A stretch of DNA of 64,000 nt, taken from Takakia lepidozioides. Lineage: Eukaryota; Plantae; Bryophyta. Position numbers and translations under genes: made by a program. Where the stretch lies: NCBI GenBank assembly GCA_030704615.1, contig CM060733.1, positions 38,378,001 to 38,442,000 of the forward strand, in the 5' to 3' direction. The notes below the pieces were generated by a model, which saw only the letters and a program-made list of their open reading frames with translations, searched no databases and was not told the origin of the DNA. Positions 36,029 to 47,700 of the stretch are shown here, one piece after another (the first letter of the stretch is position 1; every line of letters starts with the position of its first letter).

Positions 36029-38322
36029 ATGTGATATAGGGCTCTTTCAAAGCACTGTGTGACTGATGGTTTACTCCCTCTCTTTCACACTCTTCTCCCA
36101 CAGGCTCAAGCCACCAATAACTGGGAAAATTTCTATTTTGACAAAACCAGCCTGTATGCATTTAATAAAGCAATGGAGGGCCTTCCGATTCCAACATCAG
36201 GAGGATGATGCTTAACAGTTTGGCTTGGAAGTCCTAGTAGAACCTGTTTTTAATTGTTGAGAATGGAATCATCGACCCTGCCGTAAATATTTAATGCGTT
36301 GTACTGCAATCTGATTGATCTTTGATGTTGATTGTGACAATCTGTGACCAAGTTGCGTATGTTTAGGTCTGGAGTATACCTTTGTTTGAAGCCATGCCTT
36401 AAGAGCCGCTTCTCAATATTGTAGCAGGTCTCATGCAGTGAAGTGTTGCATGAGAGGCGTAGAGGTATTTAGGAATGAAGGTCTTGGTGTCAGGACCCTT
36501 TGGACCTGTGGTTTGAGCTCTTGGATCTTACTAGACTTTAGTTTCTCTCTGTATTTCTATGGTGGTGGTGGCTGCTTGTTGAGGGGTTCCACTTTGAAAA
36601 AACTGAAGGAATATAGAGCATAGGTGACAGTATAACTTCAGATGGTTATCAGCCAGGACACAACATATGTTGCACTGACAGAATCTCAGCCAGAGTTACT
36701 TCTCTTTTCGGTGCAGACCGCGGTGAGCATGTTCCAGCCATTGCTTCCAATGCTTGGGTATCAGGAAGACAACAGAGCAGACATGGAACCACTGTATGCC
36801 CAAAGCAACCCACCTTCCCTTTCACACCTGCCAGATCATCCCTCCCCCATACACCTCCCACAAGTCATCCAACTCCCAGCATGGGTACCCTAGACGCCTC
36901 CAGTTGGACCTAAAGCAATGCAGCATGCAAGTTAACTGCCCAAGCAGCAGTTGCCAACCTACCAAGACAACAGAGCCTCTTAAATTCATCAACCTGTCTG
37001 ATTTGGTGAACAAAAACAGGGGGGGGAGAAAATATAGCAAACAAAACCCACAATTTTGAACCCCTACCGTTCCCCAATGAAACCCTGGACATCAATCTGT
37101 TGCTTGGTTCGCATGCAAGAACTGCAAAAACATGAGAGCACTGCCACCTGGAGGGCCTAATCCATGGAGGGCCTAATTCACCTCAGTATATTTAGACTCT
37201 CAGACCTTATCCTAGACTTACAATCTGCTTGGGTATGAATCTCAGCCCAACATTGCATTAGTTCTCCGAACAGCGGAAAACAATCAGGTCAAGTGAGGTT
37301 TGATAAAAGGGCTGGCAACATTAGATTAACATTTCAAGGTTTAATAGTTGCAGAGGGAGGGAGTTCCTTTTACCAACACGTACTTTATCTGTTGATATTG
37401 CAGCTCAGAGAGTGTGGTACCTCACAGGTTCGGATGCTCTTCCATAGCAAGGCACCTATCTCCACTCTCTCTACGCCTTCGCTGACTCTGGTGTTTGAGT
37501 GACCATTTGTTGAAATGAAGCTGCTGAGGGTTGCCTGAGATCTCTGAACTGGTTCCGTTTAAGGGCATGGCTGGGAGAATTTGCACCACACTAGGATCTG
37601 CAAACGATTCTTTGGTTGATCAGGAGCAGCTCTGTGGATGGTACTGGTAATGGTGTCCCCATAGTTTTGGGTTTAGGATTTTGTGATCTTCACTGCTATG
37701 TAGGGAGCTGATGGAGTCTGAGGTGTGGTTGCTGCTGGTCACTGCTGCCACACATGATGAAGTTGATCCTCCGACTATCTACAGCCTCATGTTTGAACAA
37801 CATTCCACATGGACAAAAACACATAGTTTGGAGCTAGAAGTTCCTTGGCTTTCAATCCAATCCCTTAAAAGGCCTCCCTTTAAGGCAAAAAATTGAAAAT
37901 TGGGACTTACCAACTGACAAGTCAACACACAGAAGTCATGCCAAGAGCAATGCACTAATGCTAGAGGCAAACTGGACCAAAGACTATCCCAATTAACTTC
38001 TCCTCATGTATTGAGAAATGCAATAGTTTCCATTCGATCCCAACCAGATGGATCCCACAGGGCCTACAGCTCTAAGGCTACAGAATATATGTCTGCAAAG
38101 CTGTTTAATCGATGGGTACATTCTCATCCTTTCCTTTTCCAAAATGTCAGGGTGTGCGCTTACTGAAAATATTCATCCTCAAATTTCAGGATCAAGGTAC
38201 CTAAATTTCTGCAGAGTTCCACCAGCTGTACACACTAAGTTTTGATCATGTAAAAGAAAAAATAGCGTCTGCAGAAGTAGCCATCCTGACATTTTCCTAC
38301 AATTAACTCTGCTGCTCCATAC

Positions 38323-41300
38323 TTATTCTGAATAACTGAGACTAGCCATTCCCTGTTCCAATGCAGTCATCCACGATACAAAATCATCACTCTGACTAGA
38401 GCTCTCCATTTCACTACCCCCAGCCCTCCCTAAGTTCGGTATTGGAACCCCCTCAATATGGGCTCTACAGTACGGGCATTGGCCATGGCTCTGCAGCCAC
38501 GGGGTCAGACAATCTGGGTGGAATCTATGGTTACAAGGGAGCGCAAAGAGCGCCTGCCCTGGTAAGAATCGTTCCAAACACACAGGACAATCTTCTTGTT
38601 CCCTGCCCACGCAGGAAGCACCCTCTCTCTCTTCCTCTCTCTTGCCCCCAAATGTCACCCTTCGTAAGGCCTCAATTGCAGCTTTGCTCAAGCCTTCTCT
38701 GGGTTTAAGCGGCTGAGGGTTGGTGGAAACTGGCCGGCTGTTACCGGGAGTAAGATCTGGTTGCCAGCGATCCTCTAGGCTTGGTGCCCAGGCTGCCAGC
38801 CACTCTCGCATACTCCTCTCCCAGTCCTCGTCGTCGCTCCATAGACTTTCCTCTTCTTCGTCTGAAAAAAGCACACTGAGATCATACAGTGCATTCCCAG
38901 GCACAGTTGCAGTAGTCCGCCTGCCAGATGCCCACATTGAATCCATCACACAAGTATACTGTAAGTAGAACAAAACAGAAAATAATCTAAGTAGACACAT
39001 GTTCCAGCGTCTACATACAAATTCAAATTTCAACATCTTGACAAGGAAGATGGACTTTTTGAGGGGTTCCCCTGCTCCAACAGTTTGGAAAAAGGTACAG
39101 TAAAAGACCATTTGTTTACTGTTGTGGCTGGTGAACCATCTAATTGTTTTTTAAGATCTCTTTGTAAGAGTTCAGACATTCTTAAACTCAACCACTGCAT
39201 CTTCAGGAACATTATTGTGCAGCAACATGCAGTCAAACCAATGTCAATATGCTCGCTCTCATCACTTGTCCTTCAGTTGTTGACTACTTCTATTTGGGTC
39301 CAGCAAAAGATGGACATAGATAGCCATTAACTTATCCAGAGAAACCAACCAAACAAGGACATTTGTAATACTCAAAAGTATCTAAAGGACAAACCAACCT
39401 CTGGCCCACAAGAGCCACTGCCCGTAATCGTTCATCCAATCGGTCTCGAGCCTCCCGGGCTGCTCCCTGTAACCTCCGCTCAGAGGACTGCCCCCTCAAT
39501 AGCATGGCTAAGCGTGAGAGCCGGGATTCTTCTCCACGGAGTCCTCTCAGGTTCCGAACACCTGACGAGAGTGGGCCCACTTCAGAGGGGGCTACTAGTC
39601 CCACATTGCTGCCCTGCTGATGAGAGCTGACAGCACGGTGCTCCTGCAAGAGGTCCTGCTGCATAAGACATAGAGATGAACGTCAATACACTCAATGGAA
39701 GCTCCTTGTGATTATTGGCTATGACTTGAACGCTTGGAAGCTGCAGTCCTGTAGAGTATCACCCCTCCGGAACTCAACGCAGCCCAAAAATCCCTGGAGA
39801 TTTTGTGCACATGCAAAGACAGTTTAGTCACAAAGTTGCTTGCATGTTCACACAGGAACTACCATAGACCTCAGCCTAGAGCACATTCCATTTATTGAAG
39901 CACTGCTGATGTAACCTGTGCCTTACCCATCTGAGTGCTGGTTGTGTTTGCCTGCCAAACTGTATATAAAAGGAAAATAAAGCATAAGGAGTAAAAGACA
40001 GATGCACATCAAACAAACAGCTCTGATGCTGTTCCAAAGCTGTGATGGGAGAGTACCAGACGCCGAGCTTGGGAGGCTCTCGACTGGGAAGGAGCGGCAC
40101 GAGGCGGATGATGGTGATAGTGGTGGTGGTGGTGGTGATGGTGGTGGTGGTGCGCAAGGCCGGGTGCAGCACGGGCCCGGCTAGCACGGCCATCAGTTGA
40201 GGACGAGGCCGCGAGTTGGGTGCCATGTAAGAGGTCTGTCGCACGCCTTTGGGCAGGTGAGTGAACTCGACGGCGACGCGCAACTTCCACCCCTGGCAAC
40301 ATCCCTATGTCTCTAGAACTGTGAGAATCAGTGGTCACTGACCGCCGGTGACCCCCTTCCATAGTGGTACCTGCCACCAACACATCCACCAACACATGAT
40401 TTCAATAAGTTCATTCCTGTTGGTACTTGAACACATTGAAGTTCTTGATAACTTCATTGGTTTATAAGCCTGCCTGATACCCTACTCCCCCACTTCAAAT
40501 GTCAAATCAATGTACCACTATTCACTTCCCTCCCTCTTTTGCATAAGATTTGTTCCTATGAGGTCACCTATCCTGAAGAGAGACTGCAGGAATGGTATAG
40601 GGGTGGTGGAAATTATATAGGTCCCTTGACCAATTAGGACTAGAGGTGGGAAAATTCTCTTAGTGACTTTGATAAGTACCATCCCAAGTCTTCTCTTATA
40701 GAGGTGAAGCTCATCATAGCCCATACGGAACCTGCAATCTGTTGGTGCACCAGCTCTGGAGTACTGCTGCCGGGTGCAATACAGTAGGTGTCCCGACAGC
40801 CGGGCTACCTACAGGAAGTTTGTACCGCAACATGTGCAAAACGACCTTATAAAAAGGGCTGTAGCAAAATGAGGACTGAGTAGACCTACAAAAAGGACCC
40901 AAACTTCAAATCCAAATCACATCATCCAAGTGCTCTCTTCTAGGTTATCTCAAATTAGGCTGCTGCTCAAGTCAAAGGTGCTGATCGAACAGCCGCCAAA
41001 ACCAAGTGTCTTTATGGTCTAAGCTCAGTGCAAACTCAGGCTTCCACTCTCTAGTCGAAAAGGGAAAACAACGAGATAATCTGCTGTCATAGGAAAGGAG
41101 CGGTCCTTCACTCAGGAGAGAGAAGCACAACTTTCTATATAAAGAAAGCCTTAAAAAAGAGCAGGAGAACTTGCCACTCATGCAAATTTGTGAGGCCCCC
41201 CACACCAAAGATCATGGCGGACACAATCGGTAGTGTTATGCTGAGTAGCACAACCATCCAGTAACTCTCCCATCCTGCTACAAATTTGAGGAGTCTTCTT

Positions 41301-41802
41301 AAAGGGTTTGACACCCCCAAAAGTAGCATAACAATCGGTGGGTGACCAGGTACGGACCTTGCAGCTGGAGTGGCCGCTTAGACCCAATAGCTTCTTTGAA
41401 GTGCTAATGCCTGACAATGGAATATGAAACCCAACAACTGAGAGGGTGGATGCTTGGCTAACCGTCCAATTCTACATTGGGGATCACACGCCGGCCTGCC
41501 TGGCCTTCAGACGACTGTAACCGAGCCGACGAGAACGAAGCTGATGAGGAGGAGGAGGGGTCCCGTCTTGTCCTAACCCTTCCAGCCCTCCCTGCTTTCT
41601 CGCTGCTGCCCAACCCCGCTCTAACCCCCAGTCTCCCACACCCCATCCCATTCCCCCTCAACAACGTTCTAGGGCTACTCAGGGCAGGGGACGAGTCTGC
41701 AGATAGAGTTCTAACAGGATTGAAATGCCATGGATGCAGCGCCGCCCTCCTTCTGGCCCTCTCCACGGCTGCGTACCCCGTTGCGCTCTCCGCGTCCGCC
41801 AT
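38323..41802 (-). CDS. RHY1A-like RING-H2 E3 ubiquitin ligase
   Basis: In-phase exons 41463-41802, 40057-40370 (GMLPGVEVARRRR, poly-His), 39399-39658 (GAAREARDRLDERLR) and 38323-38920 (CPVCLERF...LPCNHRFHPDCLTPWLQSHGQCPYCR). Confidence 0.9.
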
Positions 41803-42058
41803 CGCCCTAGCCCTCTCAAACCTCTGCACTGATCTCCCACGCCATCGCTCTGCCCGCCATAGCTCTCATCACTGCTCTGCGCGAGCGTGTGTACAGCCGG
41901 GAAAGTGATGACGACGACGCGTTCCCGGCACGGAAATTTCCGGCCCCTTCCGTCGCAGTTCCAAATTTCAAACCCTGCCCGGAAAGCGCATCCCGTGGAG
42001 CATTATTGTTTTCTGTTTTCCAGAAAAACTTGGAGAGCATTTTTCAAAAAGGTTTTTT

Positions 42059-43493
42059 TTTTTTTTTTTTTTTAAGGAGTCAGAGGCCCTGCAAAAACTT
42101 TATTGGAGTGGCAAAATGAGAACAGAGAGGAGGAAAAAATAACCTCCCAAGGGGCCGTAAAGGCGTATCACATTGGGGACAGGCCCACTAACAACAAGTG
42201 CAGCCTAGCTATATGGCTTTATAGTAGAGATAGGGGGGGACACTGGGGAGCTTCTATTATAAATCCAACAAAATAACTAGATGCCAAAGTTCAGCTGGAC
42301 TTTAGATTTAGGAGCACGCAGGCTGAGATGCTTCCAATTGACAGCAGGGGATTTGCCATTCCCGGGGGATGGCATCATGCCAAGTGGTTCGTGAGTCTGA
42401 GATCCTGGTGCAGAGGATGTTGTCTTTAGCCCAGGGGAGGTCGAAGTCCGCGAATAGTTGATTGCGCCTCCTGTCGCTGCATCTGGCTGAAGCTGCTTGC
42501 AAAGACACCCAAGCCTTGCGCCCCTCAGTCATCAGATCAGCAAATAACTTATAAAGTACTAATCTGATGTTAGGGCTCCTTCCTTGAAATATCAAACTAC
42601 ACCTTGTCTTCCACCGACACCAGAGGGTGTGAGCCCTCAGACATGCCCAAATTGGGCAAGCATTCCAACTGGAGCCATTGTGCAAATTTAGTAGCAGAAT
42701 GTGAGCAGCTCTAGGGGGCACGGTCTTCCAACGCGCGTAAATGGCTGTCACCAAATTCCAGGTCCTTGTAGCTAGGTAATTGAGTGAAAGCATGCTCAAT
42801 AGTCTCGCTTAGATTGCAATTGCAAATCAGACAAGAAGGATCAGCAGGATTCTGTTCGCCAGCTTCCACAGGAAAGCGCTAATTTTGGACGAGCGGTGTT
42901 TGGCCCAAATGTCCTTCTAGATCGAGTTCCAGACAAGGAGCTGCAAATCGAGGTTCCACTTGCGATTCCACTTATCTGTGAAAATCGCCTTACCAAGAGC
43001 AGCCTAGATAATGTTTTCACTGTGCAACCCAGCAGAGGCGTTTTCTTGTCATCCTTCCATGACCATTCTCCTAGGTCAAATTGCAATCTACTGAGCGGGA
43101 AGCACAGGAACTAAATGAACTCGGATTTTTGAGCCCAGCAGATCTCTCCACCCTGAGGAGGCCTTGGCTCTGTGGAGCCTGATAGAGTATCGAAAACCCT
43201 TATTCTGTAGGCCAGGTCATGATGGAGGTCACCAGTTCCGAGTAGCACTAGCCTCCCCGTGGGGGTTGCATGGAAAAGAAGGTCGTTCCAATGTGACTCT
43301 GTGGTCGAAATTGCTAGGAGGGCCATGAGCATATTTCCTTCGGAGTAACCGAATCAGACAGGCAAGTCACTAGACACGCAGGGTCCCCCAAGCAACAAGG
43401 GTTGCACGAATTGAGCTCCCGGATGTCCCAGCCCACTTCTAATGGAGTTAGCAGAGAGGAGGGAGGATAATAAGGAAAGGTCCAAAAACTGAC
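42059..43493 (-). mobile_element. 5'-truncated L1 LINE (zf-RVT region, 3'UTR, poly-A)
   Basis: zf-RVT-like frames (CLICNCN, HTLWCRWKTRC). Poly-T on + strand to 42073. 14-bp TSD CAAAAAGGTTTTTT at 42045-42058 and 43494-43507. Confidence 0.9.
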
Positions 43494-43737
43494 CAAAAAG
43501 GTTTTTTCTTTTTCAAAATCTGTAATTTAAGCCTTCATGCCACCGGGCCTGACAGCCTTTGAAAATGGCACAAAGGTACATGAGCAAAACATGAACTGTA
43601 GGTACACGTTTTTTTTAAAAACAATTTGATAGATGTTATTCTGAACATTACTCTAGTGGACATGATTTATGCCAAATGCAAGAACAATGAAGTTTTTTTT
43701 TCATACTCAACAAGAATTAGTTAATAAAGTAGTTGTA

Positions 43738-44340
43738 CGGTCCCTGGAGAACTGTTTAGGCGATAATTAATTCAAATTGAAAGTGCCTAACGCGTTCTGG
43801 GAATTTTTCAGATTTTGGCCTAATTGTTCGGAAACTATGGGACCAAAGTGCCTAATGCCTAAGAATTCCAGCAAAAAACTTTCAAGCCTCTTCTCATGTT
43901 GTTTGTAATAAGATGAAAATTTCATTGAACAAAACTCAATACAAATATATGCGTGCGGAAATAACTTCCTAGAAATCCCAATCTATTTGCGAGAGCTCCA
44001 TGTAACTTCGAAAGGCCCCTGCATGGACTGGACAATGTCATCATATTCATCCTCCTTGCTAATCATCATGATCTCTCCATCTACCCCGTCCACCACATTG
44101 AGATCAGGGATATCCTCATTTTCAATGTGCAGATTTGCAAGACATCTACACATAGACATTGGGTTTTTATTTTGTATTTTGTTCTTAAGAAAATAAATAT
44201 TTACTCTTCCCATGTGCCTAATTCTAAAAACTTATAGGATGAAGATGCCTAATGTGAGAAATGGTTAACGTGCCTAAGCAATCTGTTTGGTTTAAATAAT
44301 TATTAGGCACAAAAATGCCTAAACGGTTGTCTAGGGATGG
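43738..44340. mobile_element. Tc1/mariner-superfamily non-autonomous element
   Basis: TA on both flanks. Imperfect TIRs cggtccctggagaactgtttaggc versus ccatccctagacaaccgtttaggc (reverse complement). Internal gtgcctaa repeats. Confidence 0.7.
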
Positions 44341-44776
44341 TATGTCCAGCACATGGTTATATCTGTGGTCATGATTATACTCTATAAAAATAAATGATCA
44401 AATGAAATGATTCCACAAGTAGTGATCTTTTTTAGTAGAGTAGTTATATCTATTACTTAATCAGTGATATATTGTTTGCGTAGTAGTGATTTTTGACTTA
44501 GTCTAACGAAGATTTAACAACTACTAAAATAGTAGAACAAAAATATTTTTATATCATATAAACTACTCACTTAGTAAATCAAACTACTTATCTAGAGCAT
44601 ACAAATATAGTGGGTAAAACCTTCTTACTCTAGCATTGGAGTGGTTATATGTCTTTTATCACTCCGTTTGAGTGATTAACATAGTGGTTATTTTTTATTT
44701 TCCTTTTAGTGATTGATGTTTCTGGATGAAGGTGGAATAAGTCTGCAAGAAGAGCTTGATTATATAATATAATATA

Positions 44777-47700
44777 TTATTGATAATAATATGGAAGTAT
44801 GTTTGTTTCATTTGGATTTAAAAGCCCTCCAGCAAACTGGTTTGTAGTTTCAGCCGTTGAAGGATAAGGAGTCTCATTTGTGTATGGTGTACTTATAGGT
44901 GACAAACTTTGAAATTGGACGGTATCATTTGACACTGGTTGAGTTTGATATTGCAATGGATCACTTGCATAAGGTTGATAATTACTGAAATGTATATTTT
45001 GATTTTGCATATCATATGTGTACATATCCATACTTGGCAAATTTTGATTTTGTGTTGGATATTCAAAATACATATTAGAAGCTATATTTGGATCTTGATA
45101 GTACATCCCACTGCCAATTGGTACATTGGTGGATGACAGACCTTGATAGTCCATTCCTATTGTGTATCCCACATTAGTTGTTCCATGTGGATCTTGATAG
45201 TAATTTCCACTATAAATCGGTATATTAGCATAATTTGGCAATGTTTGATATTCCATGCCTGTTGTATTTAGCCCCATATTTGCGGCACCTAATGCATCTT
45301 GATAGTAAACCCCATTATTCATCAACATATTATTGGAGTTTGGTAAGGTTTGATAATTCATAATTTGTATTGTTCTTAACCCCGATGTATTAGAGGTACC
45401 CACTGGTGGATCTTGATAATATTGCATTGTACTATTAATAGGTAATGTATTAATAAATGGTATGTCTGGAAATTGCGTCGTACTTGATGATGCGACATTT
45501 TCAACTTCTTCTTTACCATCATCAGACTTCTCTTTACTTTCTTCATTGAGCCCTCGATGAGCAATAGGCTCTGTAAATTCATTGGACGTTAAAGAAACTT
45601 TATCTTTATCTTTATCTTCATTTTGCATTTCTTCCGCATCTTTTTGTTCTTCAAGTCGTTTTTGTCGTTCTCCTTCTCTACTCTTTTTCTGTTTCTTTTG
45701 CTTTTTGTGTCGAGTAGAATTGCCCGTACCCTTGTTGTTCTCTATATCCTCACCAGCCGCATCAAGCTTGTCAACATTTGGATCATCTTCATTCTCTCTA
45801 GAGTTGTGTTTCTGTTTTTTCTTTCCCTTCGTATGTTTATGTTTTACTTGTTTTTTATGTTGGAGAGAAATATCACCAATGTCATCGTCCTTGTGTATAT
45901 CCTTAGAAGTCGCAGCAAAATTGTCAATATTTGGAATTTCCTCATTATCTTCACTCTTGAATTGCTTTTGCTTTTCTTTTTTCTTGGTATGTTTATGTTT
46001 TTCTTGCATTTCATCTTGGGTATAAACACTATTGTTATCATCCATGTTTATATCCTCAATGACCACATCAAGATTGTCAACATTTGAGGCCCCTTCGTCA
46101 TCTTCGCTCTTATGTTTTTTCCAATTTTTATATCTCTTCCAAACTTTCTCTTTTGAATCTTCATGATGTGAGTTTATTTCATGTTGTGCAGAATAATCTG
46201 CTCCGGAAGTCTTAATATGATGGTCGTCAAGTTGTTCTACTTCTTTAGCTGGTTTTCTCTTGGCTGATAATATCTTTTTCTTTAACTTTGAAAAAGGATT
46301 TTTCAATTTCGAGATAGGGTTCCTCAATTTTATATTCTTAGGATTCAAGAAGTTGGTCTTGAGTGGTAGATGCTTCTTTTTCAATCTTAGTTTTTTTGCT
46401 TTAATTGCGGAATGCATTTTTTCACGAGTTTTTGTTGGTATAAGTTTTTTAAATAACCGACAAAATAATTTAATTGGCGCCTTAAAAATACATTTGCATA
46501 CTTTACAACACACGGGTAGGACACCAATTGTGCCTAAGAAGTTTAGGATAAAACACACTGCAAATGCCAAGTAAATTGTTGATTATGATTGTATTCCATT
46601 CGTTTCACCAAACACATTTGAAGCATTGTACTTTATCAAATTTATGTGATCAAACACGCACACACATAAAATTACAGATATATGATGGCTCCACGAACCT
46701 GCTATAAGTGCAAATATTGCACCTACTACATATGCAACTCGTTTCCAACAAAATTTCTTTATCATGCACTTGACATCGGTCCATTGACATTGTCTGTCAT
46801 CATTAAAATATTTGTATATATTAAATAAACTTATTGCATGAAGATTGAGTCTTTAATGGGGTTATGTGGAGGTAGAGGTCTCACACATTATATCTTGTAC
46901 GTACAAATGGATTTTTATTTACACTTGCACTAAAAGGTTCTCAGCAAAATAATAATACAAGCTCAATTTCGTTATGTAATTATTTTAAAAATTCCATGAG
47001 AATGATTTAATATATATTTTGAATGAATAAAAGATAGAATAAAAATCCATGTAATAATGATATCTATTTAATTTAATATCATATTATTTGAATATATATT
47101 ATAATTTTATTTTATTAAATAATTATTTCGTAAAAAATCAGGGGTGACAATATAACCACATACTCGCATGATCCGAAAAACTTTGTAACTTTATCTCCAA
47201 AAGCTTTGAATTTATCACCAATGCCACCCCAAAAATTTGATATATTTTTAAAAAAATTACTGAAAGTCCATCCACCACTGGCAACGGATGTATAGTTTTT
47301 CAATGAAGATACATTTGACTCCAAACCAGACTGCATAAAGTTATAACATAAAATTAACTAAATATATCTACATTAGAATATAAATATTAATTAAAAAAAC
47401 CTCTGAAGAGTTATTTAATCTAAATACTAATATTTTTAAATAAAATATACATATATATATATGTATATATATATTTAAGAACAGGGGATTGAATCCCTGA
47501 TTAATTTATTGGATATTTGTAGTATTATTATTATCTTTTAAGTTAGTATTATTTCATAACAATTATTTATTATTATTATTATTATTATTAGAACAGGGGA
47601 CTTTGCCCTGGAAGCTTTATTTATGTAACAATTATTTTTATTCAAAAAAATTATTTTAAAATATAAATACAAAAACATCATATTTTGATTTAAAATTGAA

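Noticed and set aside
36400-37900. L1 ORF1 relic; similar degraded TE-like DNA at 21.7-23.1, 40.5-41.4 and 51.6-55.1 kb
   Set aside because: Probably TE-derived, but too decayed to give boundaries or family without a search.
41477-41908. 143-aa plus-strand ORF
   Set aside because: Antisense shadow of the GC-rich first exon of the RING gene.
44380-44711. CACTA element just downstream of the HAP2 stop
   Set aside because: The right end reads CACTA on the minus strand, but the left end is CTCTA and the 3-bp flanks (ata/att) do not match. Too weak to call.
45582-46574. Hydrophobic plus-strand ORFs of 104-154 aa
   Set aside because: Antisense to the Lys/Glu-rich HAP2 tail.
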